NCBI GenBank assembly: GCA_039182515.1
Contig: JBCDCE010000012.1
Coordinates: forward strand, 47-64,046
DNA: 64,000 nucleotides
Source of the DNA: Pseudomonadota bacterium
Lineage (GTDB): Bacteria > Pseudomonadota > Alphaproteobacteria > Rhodobacterales > Rhodobacteraceae
Direction of reading: 5' to 3'
Part shown: positions 1 to 7,612 of the stretch, piece by piece
Layout: the number at the start of each line of letters is the position of its first letter
Numbering within the stretch: position 1 is the first letter of the stretch
Translations under genes and position numbers: made by a program
The notes under the pieces: generated by a model
The model's input: the letters and a program-made list of their open reading frames with translations, nothing else
What the model was told of the DNA's origin: nothing
Databases searched by the model: none

Positions 1-1218
1 AAAATGATAGTATGGATTATTGTTTGTGTATTCTGGATGTATGTCAGCGATAATGAACTCTGATCCTGGCTTCGCATTTTCAATGAGTTTTTCTAACGCG
101 TCCAGCGAATCCAAACTCGTGAGTACAAAAGCAAAAATATACACATCTACTTGGTCGGGATCTTTAAGTTTTAATCCGACGTCGTTTGCATCACAACAAA
201 TACTGAGGAAGGGCATCCGACCCAAGCTCATGTTCATTTTGAAGAGATCAGTCATTTTCGGCGATGCGTCTACGGCGACCCACCGAAGGTTTTCTCGATG
301 AGAAAAATGTGTCGCAATCAAGCGACCTGTGCCCGCACCAATGTCTAATACATGTGGCTCACTATATTGGCGAAGGATATCGCGTAAAGCCGAAACAATT
401 TTTTGATGAGCAGCATAAAGGAAATTGGAATTCCTAACGTCATAAAGATGGGATATACGATCATAGAATTCAGGCGCAGCATCAACTTCGAAAACTGTAC
501 TATCAGCGATACCGTCGGCGTTCGGAAGTGTATCTGTTTCGCCACCAGAGAATAAGACGCCACCAAAAAACAGGGGACTCCTGGTCAAAATCGCTTCATC
601 AAGTTTACCTTCAAGTTTTTTAAACCTTCTTTGAAGGGTCTCGACTCCTCTAGAGTTGCGAACAATATCAACGAAGCGATTCAGGTTGAATTCCGGAACA
701 TTTGTTAGGTTTACAAAGTCCGTCAAATCTGCCTGACCTTTTGCGAATTTAGTTTCCAGCCTAGTAGAGCAGGATAGGAGTTTAGTATATGCTAGAGCTT
801 CTGGACTAGGAATACGAATATTCTCAAGTTCGTTTTTCTTGACGGTGAAATTTCGAGAATTTTCTTCTAGAATTGGCCAAGTTAAATGCTGGTATGCTTC
901 GCGTTCAAGTATCTTTGGTCCCACCAAAACAATAGCTTCTCCTGTATTTCTTGGAGAAATAACAAATGCAGGGCGATACTCATCATCATTTTCGTCTACG
1001 GTAACATACTTATCAAGTGGAAAGAGAGCAGCAATAATTCCGTGTGCTGTATTGGAATCACAGATAAGATCAATGTCTACAGATTGCCGCCCTACAACAT
1101 ACTGCTGGACAGCCAACCCACCAATAACCATATGAGGCTTCGTAAGAAACTCGTTAATTCGCTCTAAGTGAGACTTGGCTTGAGCTTGGGCGATCTGTTG
1201 CGACATCGAATTATCCAT
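1..1218 (-). CDS. Partial fusion protein (C-terminus off the left edge): N-terminal minimal nucleotidyltransferase-fold domain plus C-terminal class I SAM-dependent methyltransferase domain
   Basis: Absent from the supplied ORF track because it has no stop in the window. My translation of the minus strand from the ATG at 1218-1216 stays open for 406 codons to position 1. It reads MDNSMSQQIAQAQAKSHLERINEFLTKPHMVIGGLAVQQYVVGRQSVDIDLICDS (the GG..x..DIDL NTase signature), then ...EPHVLDIGAGTGRLIA..WVAVDASPKM..DVYIFAFVL.. (MTase motif I and following motifs). The region is visibly AT-rich compared with the rest of the window. Confidence 0.6.
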   Translation of the reverse strand, partial: MDNSMSQQIAQAQAKSHLERINEFLTKPHMVIGGLAVQQYVVGRQSVDIDLICDSNTAHGIIAALFPLDKYVTVDENDDEYRPAFVISPRNTGEAIVLVGPKILEREAYQHLTWPILEENSRNFTVKKNELENIRIPSPEALAYTKLLSCSTRLETKFAKGQADLTDFVNLTNVPEFNLNRFVDIVRNSRGVETLQRRFKKLEGKLDEAILTRSPLFFGGVLFSGGETDTLPNADGIADSTVFEVDAAPEFYDRISHLYDVRNSNFLYAAHQKIVSALRDILRQYSEPHVLDIGAGTGRLIATHFSHRENLRWVAVDASPKMTDLFKMNMSLGRMPFLSICCDANDVGLKLKDPDQVDVYIFAFVLTSLDSLDALEKLIENAKPGSEFIIADIHPEYTNNNPYYHF

Positions 1219-1520
1219 TAAGAAACACCCCAGCTTAATACCAAAGTTGAACTTGAGACAATGCGAATTCCTCCAGAAACAACTTTTTCGAAAAACTCGA
1301 ATTTTCTAAACGCAAAAAAGAAAAAAGACTTCTTGAAGCCGATAGACTTCTTCCATCCCTTGAATTGAAATCCACTCTCTGCGTATATGCGAATAGAACA
1401 ACCTTGCGCTATCGGCTAAGGCTTGTTTTCCTTCGGCAGACTTTCCGAATGCTAAGGAACTGCCGATATCGAAGCAAATCAATTCTCGGCAGGTATACAA
1501 AAACATCAATGCGCTTCGCA
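1..1520. other. AT-rich segment, probably the right-hand end of a horizontally acquired island that extends beyond the window
   Basis: By eye the composition changes sharply, from roughly 40 percent GC to the high-50s percent of the flanking iol genes. Codon usage is A/T-ending in 1..1218. No integrase or tRNA is visible inside the window. Confidence 0.5.
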
Positions 1521-1521
1521 T
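1306..1521 (-). CDS. Small hypothetical protein (about 71 aa), weakly supported
   Basis: Track ORF 1306..1608 trimmed to the internal Met (MRSALMFLYTCRELICFDIGSS...). It lies 87 nt upstream of the NTase-MTase gene on the same strand. No recognisable family. Confidence 0.2.
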   Translation of the reverse strand: MRSALMFLYTCRELICFDIGSSLAFGKSAEGKQALADSARLFYSHIRREWISIQGMEEVYRLQEVFFLFCV

Positions 1522-1653
1522 GAAAGGCGCGTCCCGAGCCCGGCATAGTTGCCACAAGCGTAATCCTCCGCGCGCCAGCCTAACGCGCCCACAACCTTTC
1601 TGCGGCACCCAAGGCTCAGAAGCCGGTCAAAATTAACCAGGTGTTTACCACAT

Positions 1654-1707
1654 GCATACGTTAGGCATACGTGGTGCATACATAACGGCATACGCGCCTG
1701 CGCATGC
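1654..1707. repeat. Phased GCATAC(G) direct repeats: 4 copies at 11-12 bp spacing plus a GCATGC
   Basis: tGCATACGttagGCATACGtggtGCATACataacgGCATACGcgcctgcGCATGCc. Copies start at 1654, 1665, 1676 and 1688, with GCATGC at 1702. Confidence 0.6.
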
Positions 1708-1774
1708 CTAAAATATTGATATAATTCAAAAATACGGCGTTTCGCTGAAATTCCACAAACCACCCCACCGCACG

Positions 1775-2602
1775 CTACCCCTTCATATCGCGCAACACAG
1801 CGCGCGTTTCGTCCACGAGCGGATCGTGCAGCTCGCTCAGGATTTGAACCCTGTCAAACCGGTCCGGATCTCGCGCCACAGAAGCCCTCAGCGCCGCCCC
1901 AAAAGACATGCGCAATTCGGTCCCGATGTTGAACTTGCAAACGCTCGTCTCCCGCGCCAATTTCTTACGCTGCTCGGACGGCACACCAGACCCACCGTGG
2001 ATCACCAAAGGCACCTCAGTCACAGCTTCAATCGCCGCAATCCGCGCCTCATCCAGGCCGCCCGATTGGTCCTGCTGCAAATGCACATTGCCCACTGAAA
2101 TCGCCATTGCATCAACGCCCGTCTCAACAGCAAAGCGCGCCGCTTCCTCTGCATCCGTCCCCGACGACGCCTCGCCCTGATCATAGCCCACGAAGCCAAT
2201 CTCACCTTCGCAAGACACCCCCCCAGAGCGCGCCAGCTCCACAACGCGCCGGGTCGCGGCAATGTTCTCCTCCAAGGGCAAACGCGAGCCATCGAACATC
2301 AGCGAGGTAAACCCCTCCTCCAATGCCGCGGCGCAGTCCTCATAGGTGTAGCCATGGTCCAAATGCGCCACCACCGGCACCGAGGCGGCTTTCGCCAAAT
2401 TCCGAAACATCGCCCCCAACACTGGCAAGGGCGTATGCGCGCGGCAGCTTGGCCCCGCTTGTAAAATCACTGGGCATTCCTCAGCTTCCGCCGCCGCCAC
2501 ATAGGCCCGCATATCTTCCCAGCCTAAACAGACCAGGCCCGCGACCGCATGGCCCTCACGTAAAGCCGGTTGCAGCACATCAGACAGCGTCACCAAAGGC
2601 AT
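1775..2602 (-). CDS. iolJ: Class II (FBA-family) aldolase, candidate 6-phospho-5-dehydro-2-deoxy-D-gluconate aldolase (IolJ-like)
   Basis: Track ORF 1775..2680 trimmed to the ATG at 2602 (MPLVTLSDVLQ...). Carries class II aldolase motifs VVAHLDHG and LVIHGGSG. It is the last gene of the minus-strand iolD-C-B string. Confidence 0.75.
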   Translation of the reverse strand: MPLVTLSDVLQPALREGHAVAGLVCLGWEDMRAYVAAAEAEECPVILQAGPSCRAHTPLPVLGAMFRNLAKAASVPVVAHLDHGYTYEDCAAALEEGFTSLMFDGSRLPLEENIAATRRVVELARSGGVSCEGEIGFVGYDQGEASSGTDAEEAARFAVETGVDAMAISVGNVHLQQDQSGGLDEARIAAIEAVTEVPLVIHGGSGVPSEQRKKLARETSVCKFNIGTELRMSFGAALRASVARDPDRFDRVQILSELHDPLVDETRAVLRDMKG

Positions 2603-2616
2603 CGCGCATCCCTTCC

Positions 2617-2638
2617 TTTTTCTTGGCAAAAATACTCC
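2617..2638 (+). repeat. Dispersed intergenic motif, copy A (TTTTTCTTGGCAAAAATACTCC), followed by GC hairpins
   Basis: Matches copies at 9656, 40189 and 58180. Followed by ccgccGGAggcgg and ccccaTCGtgggg hairpins. Confidence 0.6.
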
Positions 2639-2663
2639 CGCCGGAGGCGGCCCCATCGTGGGG

Positions 2664-3506
2664 TTATTTGAACTTCGCAATCATGTCCTTGATGCCCGGG
2701 ATCGTTTCGATCTGATAAGCATGGGTCGGCTGAAAAAACTGCACCAAGCTACGCTGCGAGAGACCACCAAGGATCGTGAAATAATACATCTCGTACCCCG
2801 GCAAAACCGCGCAAGGATGATAGCCACTGTCGAGGCAAATCGTGGAACCATCCACGATATGATAGGCATCACCAGGTTTGCCGTCTTCGCGCTGAAGCAT
2901 CTGAACGCCTGAGCCATGGTTGGGCCGGAAGCGAAAGTTATAGGTCTCATCATGGCGGGTTTCATCGGGCAAACGGTCCGTGTCGTGCTTATGCGACGGA
3001 AAGCCGGACCAGCCGCCTTGGCCCACGGTGTAGAGCTCACTCACCAGCAAGCGTCCCACTTTGCCGTGCTGCTTTTGGCCCAAGATATGTTTGATTTTGC
3101 GGTGGGTTTTCGTGTCGTCTGATCCGTATTGCACCAAATCAAGCTCGTCAGCGCGCACAGCAAACGGCTCAAGAACCTCGTCGAACTTGGCCCCCGCCAC
3201 AAAGACCTCCGCCGCTTCAGAGGTGCAAACCATCGTGGCTTTGCCGCCTACAGGAGCATAGACGCCCTCAGGCTCACCGTCCCAAACATCCACGCCGCGC
3301 CCCCCAAGGGAAGCGGCCTTAAAGCCTTCCACATCCACATCTATCGTGCCTGTCGCGGGCACGATGCAGGTCTCATAGCCAGGCACTTGGTATTCAAAAG
3401 CCTGCCCTTTTGTGAGCTTCACGATGTTGAAGTAATTCAGCGGAACGCAAGGATCTTCCACATCCACAATCGGTTTGTTTTGGTTGTCATAGGGGGCGAT
3501 GTGCAT
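2664..3506 (-). CDS. iolB: 5-deoxy-glucuronate isomerase
   Basis: Track ORF trimmed to the ATG at 3506 (MHIAPYDNQNKPIV...). About 280 aa with KduI/IolB-type cupin features (GGWSGFPSHKHD). Sits 13 nt after the iolC stop. Confidence 0.85.
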   Translation of the reverse strand: MHIAPYDNQNKPIVDVEDPCVPLNYFNIVKLTKGQAFEYQVPGYETCIVPATGTIDVDVEGFKAASLGGRGVDVWDGEPEGVYAPVGGKATMVCTSEAAEVFVAGAKFDEVLEPFAVRADELDLVQYGSDDTKTHRKIKHILGQKQHGKVGRLLVSELYTVGQGGWSGFPSHKHDTDRLPDETRHDETYNFRFRPNHGSGVQMLQREDGKPGDAYHIVDGSTICLDSGYHPCAVLPGYEMYYFTILGGLSQRSLVQFFQPTHAYQIETIPGIKDMIAKFK

Positions 3507-3519
3507 GGGGGCTCTCTCT

Positions 3520-4500
3520 TTAAGTTTGGGTCGGGCCAGGGTGTGCCAAAAGGAAGGCATCCAGCCGTTCTTGATCAGGCATAGCAGGGGCGCACCCCGG
3601 TGTCATGACCGTGATGGACGCGCAGGCGGAGCCGCGCAAAACCGCTTTTTTCAATGCCATGCCCTCTGCCAGACCAGACATAAGCCCGGCCATGAAGGCG
3701 TCGCCTGCGCCCACAGGCTTAACGGCCTCCACGGGGTAAATCCCGGTGCGAATTTCTTCGCCCCCATGGAAGGTAATCGCGCCCTCTGCGCCCATTTTGT
3801 AGATCACAACAGCTGCACTTGTTTGGGACACCTCGCGCGCTTTATCGAGGCCATGGGCGTAGTCTCCGGCCATGAAACCAAATTCTTCATCGTTGCCCAC
3901 CACCATGTCGGAGGCCATGGCCGCTCGGGTCAGCGTTTTGCTGGCATCCTCAGAAGAGACCCATGAATAGGGGCGGTAATCCACGTCAAAAATAATCGGC
4001 AAACCAGCGGCTTTGGCCAGATCAAAGGCCCGGAAGGTCGCGGCGCGAGAGGGCTCAGCGGCAAAGACCGTGCCCGCCGTGATGAGCGCGCCAAACCGCG
4101 CATAATCCACGGCCTCAACATCCCCAACGCCCATCTGAAAGTCCGCTGCATGGTTGCGATAAATGACATTGCGATGGCCTTCGAGGACGCTTTCATACAC
4201 GGCCAAAGAGTTGCGATATTCGCCACCCACTTTGCGGATGTAATCGGTCTCAACGCCGTAATGTTGCAATCGGTTGATGCAGTAGCTGCCAATGGAATCA
4301 TCCGACACACAGGTCACCAAAGAAGCATTGCCGCCAAACTTGCAGATGCCCGCGCCGATATTGGCGGAGCTGCCGCCCAGATCCACATTGGCGCGTTCCA
4401 TATGCTCGATGGAGACATCGGGGTCGGTGAAGAAATCGATGCCTGCGCGCCCCACGATGATGAACCTGTTTTTGGCAATGCCCTCAAAGAGATCAGCCAT
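3520..4500 (-). CDS. iolC: PfkB-family carbohydrate kinase, 5-dehydro-2-deoxygluconokinase
   Basis: 326 aa with the PfkB signature KPVGAGDAFMAGL. Its start abuts the iolD stop (4501). Confidence 0.85.
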   Translation of the reverse strand: MADLFEGIAKNRFIIVGRAGIDFFTDPDVSIEHMERANVDLGGSSANIGAGICKFGGNASLVTCVSDDSIGSYCINRLQHYGVETDYIRKVGGEYRNSLAVYESVLEGHRNVIYRNHAADFQMGVGDVEAVDYARFGALITAGTVFAAEPSRAATFRAFDLAKAAGLPIIFDVDYRPYSWVSSEDASKTLTRAAMASDMVVGNDEEFGFMAGDYAHGLDKAREVSQTSAAVVIYKMGAEGAITFHGGEEIRTGIYPVEAVKPVGAGDAFMAGLMSGLAEGMALKKAVLRGSACASITVMTPGCAPAMPDQERLDAFLLAHPGPTQT

Positions 4501-6360
4501 TCACACGCCTTTCCGCTGCTTGGACCGCGTGCTTTCCCAGTCCTTATGGGCGGCGCGCACGTCGTCTTTGTCCGTGATATGAGGCGTTCCGACCTCCCAC
4601 CAGGTGTGGCCTTCAGTGGTCCAGCCCTCATAGGCATCGACCTTCATGGAGATCACATAGGTGCGATCAGAGCCTTGAGCGCGTTTGAAGGCCTCTGCCA
4701 AATCAGAGGCGTGTTCGACCGTTTCGGCCTTAGCGCCAAGGCTGCGCGCATGGGCTTCAAAATCCACCCCCACTTGGCGCGTGGCCGTAGGCGTGTCGGC
4801 AAAGAGGTTGTTGAAGCTTTCTTGGCCGACGTTGTTTTGCAGCTTGTTGATGACCGCAAACCCACCGTTGTCGAGCACCAGAATGATCAGCTTTTTCTCT
4901 GTTAAAACCGACGAATAGATGTCTGAGTTCAAAAGCAGGTACGATCCGTCACCGGTAAACACAATCGTGTCGCGATCCGGTTCCATCTGGCTCTGCGCAA
5001 TACGCGCGCCCCAGCCGCCTGCGATTTCATAGCCCATGCAGGAAAAGCCGAACTCCACATCAACCGTGCCTAGCCCCCGCGTTTTCCAGTTGGCCGTGAC
5101 TTCCGCGGGCAAGCCGCCTGCCGCGGCGACAACGCGGTCGCGTGGGTTACAAAGGTCATTCACAATGCCAATGGCTTGGGCATACGACGACGGGCGGTTC
5201 CCCACACGCGTGTTCTCCGCCACGTAGGCATTCCATTTAGCACGCTCGGCCTGCGCCTTTTCTGTCCAGGCCTCTGGCGCACTGAAGCCAGATTGCGCAA
5301 GCAGCGGCAGCGTAAGCTTACAATCGCCCACTACGGTCATGGACAAGTGCTTTGCCGCGTCGTGGCGGCCCACATTGAGGCCAATGATTTTGGCGTCTGA
5401 GGCAAAGGCCGTCCAAGAGCCGGTTGTGAAGTCTTGAAGCCGCGTGCCAACAGCTAAGATCACATCTGCTTTCTCGGCAATCGCATTGGCGCTGTCTGAT
5501 CCTGTGACCCCGATAGGACCAATGTTCAAAGGATGATCGTTCAAAAGATTGGCGCGGCCTGCGATGGTTTCGACCACTGGGATGCCCGTTTTTTCCGCCA
5601 AGTCTGTGAGCTCTTGGACAGAACCGCCATATTGCACACCGCCGCCCGCGATGATCATCGGCCGCTTGGCGATTTTGAGAAGGGCGATCGCCGCTTCGAC
5701 CTCCCGCGCATCTGGCGCTTGGCTGCGCACATGGTGCACACGCTTGTCAAAAAAGCTGACGGGGTAGTCGTAGGTCCAGCCCTGCACATCTTGGGGCAAA
5801 GCGATAAAGGCAGGGCCGCAATCTGCAGGGTCCATCATGGTGTTCAGCGCTGCGGGGAGCGACTGAATGACCTGAGCCGGATGCGTGATCCGATCCCAAA
5901 AGCGCGACACAGTTTGAAAGCCATCGTTGAGCCCCAAAGCAGGATTGCCAAAATGCTCAAGTTGTTGAAGCACTGGGTCTGGGAGCCGTGTGAGAAAGGC
6001 GTCTCCGCAGAGCATCAACATTGGCAAGCGATTGGCATGGGCAAGCGCTGCAGCCGTGTAGAGATTTGCTGTGCCAGGGCCAGCAGAGGCGGTGCAGAAC
6101 ATGAAGCGTTTGCGCAGCCAAGCTTTTGCGTAGCCCGCCGCGGCGAAGCCCATGCTTTGCTCGTTTTGACCGCGATAGAGCGGCAGCGTGTCTTTCACAT
6201 CTTGCAGCGCTTCGCCCAAACAGGTGACGTTGCCGTGGCCAAAAATCCCAAAGCCACCGCCGCAGAGACGATGTTCGGTTCCGTCAATTTCGATCCATTG
6301 CGCATCAAGAAATCGCACAATGGCCTGCGCCGTGGTTAGCGTGACCGTCTCATGTGACAA
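4501..6360 (-). CDS. iolD: ThDP-dependent 3D-(3,5/4)-trihydroxycyclohexane-1,2-dione acylhydrolase
   Basis: ThDP motif GDGSYLLLNSD and acetolactate-synthase-like architecture. The track start at 6546 would run through the divergent promoter. A TTG at 6360 (LSHETVTLTTAQAIVRFL) is preceded by GGGAGGAG and gives about 620 aa. Confidence 0.85.
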   Translation of the reverse strand: MSHETVTLTTAQAIVRFLDAQWIEIDGTEHRLCGGGFGIFGHGNVTCLGEALQDVKDTLPLYRGQNEQSMGFAAAGYAKAWLRKRFMFCTASAGPGTANLYTAAALAHANRLPMLMLCGDAFLTRLPDPVLQQLEHFGNPALGLNDGFQTVSRFWDRITHPAQVIQSLPAALNTMMDPADCGPAFIALPQDVQGWTYDYPVSFFDKRVHHVRSQAPDAREVEAAIALLKIAKRPMIIAGGGVQYGGSVQELTDLAEKTGIPVVETIAGRANLLNDHPLNIGPIGVTGSDSANAIAEKADVILAVGTRLQDFTTGSWTAFASDAKIIGLNVGRHDAAKHLSMTVVGDCKLTLPLLAQSGFSAPEAWTEKAQAERAKWNAYVAENTRVGNRPSSYAQAIGIVNDLCNPRDRVVAAAGGLPAEVTANWKTRGLGTVDVEFGFSCMGYEIAGGWGARIAQSQMEPDRDTIVFTGDGSYLLLNSDIYSSVLTEKKLIILVLDNGGFAVINKLQNNVGQESFNNLFADTPTATRQVGVDFEAHARSLGAKAETVEHASDLAEAFKRAQGSDRTYVISMKVDAYEGWTTEGHTWWEVGTPHITDKDDVRAAHKDWESTRSKQRKGV

Positions 6361-6442
6361 AGTCTGTGTCTCCTCCCAAAGAACGCAAGCGCCCCAAACA
6401 TTTTGCCTGTTGACGGCTTCGTCAAAACCGAAGATACGGGTT

Positions 6443-6458
6443 TTGCAACCGGTTGCAA
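6443..6458. promoter_or_regulatory. Perfect 16-bp palindrome TTGCAACCGGTTGCAA, a LacI-family-type operator in the divergent iolD / oxidoreductase promoter region
   Basis: The core TGcAAcCGgTTgCA fits the generic LacI-family operator pattern TGnAAnCGnTTnCA. A second near-identical copy lies at 14836..14850. Confidence 0.7.
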
Positions 6459-6492
6459 GAATAAAGATGAACTGGGGCCTTGGGAGGAACAC

Positions 6493-7596
6493 ATGGCAAA
6501 GATCGGCATCGGCATTGTCGGCGGTGGCTACATGGGCAAAGCCCATTCCGTTGCCTTTGCGGCGGTGGGAAGCGTGTTTGAAACCTCGCTGCGCCCGCGC
6601 TTAGAGATGATCTGCGCCTCCTCGCCTGCATCCGCTGAGAGCTACCGCGCGAAGTTTGGCTTTGCGCGGGCCACGTCCGATTGGAAAGCGCTCGTGGAGG
6701 ACCCGAAGGTCGAGGCCGTGATCATTGCAACGCCCCAAAAGTTTCACCGCGAGATTGCCGTCGCAGCTTTTGCTTTGGCCAAGCCCGTTTTCTGTGAAAA
6801 GCCCCTTGGGGCCTCTCTTGAAGACAGCCGCGCGATGGTGAACGCCGCACAAGCCTCAGGTGCTGTGAACATGGTTGGCTTCAACTATGTGCGCACGCCC
6901 GCCACGCAGTTTGCGCGTCAGCTGATTGCAGAGGGTCGCTTAGGCCAGATCACCTATTTTCGCGGTGAGCATACGGAAGACTTTTTCGCTGATCCCGACG
7001 CCCCGGCTACCTGGCGCAGTTTTGGGCGGGCAAACGGCTGCATGGGGGATCTTGCGCCTCACCCCATCAATCTCGCACATGCTTTGATGGGGCCAATCGC
7101 TGAACTAAACGCCGTGATTGAAACCGTTTATCCCACGCGCGGCGGTGAGCCCGTTGACAACGACGATGCCGCCCAAATGATGCTGCGCTTTGAAAGCGGC
7201 GTGCAGGGCCATCTGATGGTCAGCCGAACCGCCACAGGGCGCAAAATGGGCTATGCCTATGAGGTGCATGGCTCCAAAGGCGCGCTCAGGTTTGACCAAG
7301 AAGATCAAAACGCCTTGCATCTCTATCTGCGTGAAGGGCCTGAGGCCGAGCAGGGCTTCCGCAAGATCCTCACAGGCCCCGCACATCCCGATTACGCCCC
7401 TTTCTGCCAAGGCCCCGGGCATGGCACGGGCTACCAAGATCAAATCATCATCGAAGCCCATGATTTCATCAAAGCCATCGAGGCCGGTCAAGCCCTGTGG
7501 CCCACGTTTGAAGAAGGCATGGCTGTGAACCAAGTTGTGGAAGCGGCATTTGCCAGCCACGACCAACGCGCCTGGGTGCGCGTCAAAGACTTCTAA
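6493..7596 (+). CDS. Gfo/Idh/MocA-family NAD(P)-dependent oxidoreductase, candidate inositol 2-dehydrogenase
   Basis: Trimmed to the ATG at 6493, preceded by GGGAGGAA. Has the N-terminal Rossmann motif MAKIGIGIVGGGYMGKAH and the EKP motif (FCEKPL). Confidence 0.8.
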   Translation: MAKIGIGIVGGGYMGKAHSVAFAAVGSVFETSLRPRLEMICASSPASAESYRAKFGFARATSDWKALVEDPKVEAVIIATPQKFHREIAVAAFALAKPVFCEKPLGASLEDSRAMVNAAQASGAVNMVGFNYVRTPATQFARQLIAEGRLGQITYFRGEHTEDFFADPDAPATWRSFGRANGCMGDLAPHPINLAHALMGPIAELNAVIETVYPTRGGEPVDNDDAAQMMLRFESGVQGHLMVSRTATGRKMGYAYEVHGSKGALRFDQEDQNALHLYLREGPEAEQGFRKILTGPAHPDYAPFCQGPGHGTGYQDQIIIEAHDFIKAIEAGQALWPTFEEGMAVNQVVEAAFASHDQRAWVRVKDF

Positions 7597-7612
7597 AGAA
7601 AGGCCCCAGCAC

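Noticed and set aside
1219-1774. A tRNA gene or att site marking the island boundary
   Set aside because: No cloverleaf-compatible sequence or T-loop consensus (GGTTCGAAT-like) was seen. The left end of the island lies outside the window, so direct repeats cannot be assessed.
2617-2638. Reading the dispersed motif (cTTGGCAaaaatactcc) as a sigma-54 promoter
   Set aside because: A GG is present, but the GC dinucleotide expected 10 nt downstream (TGGCAC-N5-TTGC) is absent. The copies also occur in both orientations relative to genes.
4150-6339. Plus-strand ORFs 4150..4905 (251 aa) and 5533..6339 (268 aa)
   Set aside because: They are antisense shadows of iolC and iolD, with no motifs or ribosome-binding sites.
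7121-7135. A third LacI-type operator (TTGAAACCGTTTATC) inside the oxidoreductase gene
   Set aside because: It is an imperfect half-site (the final CA is replaced by TC) deep within coding sequence, so it is probably chance.
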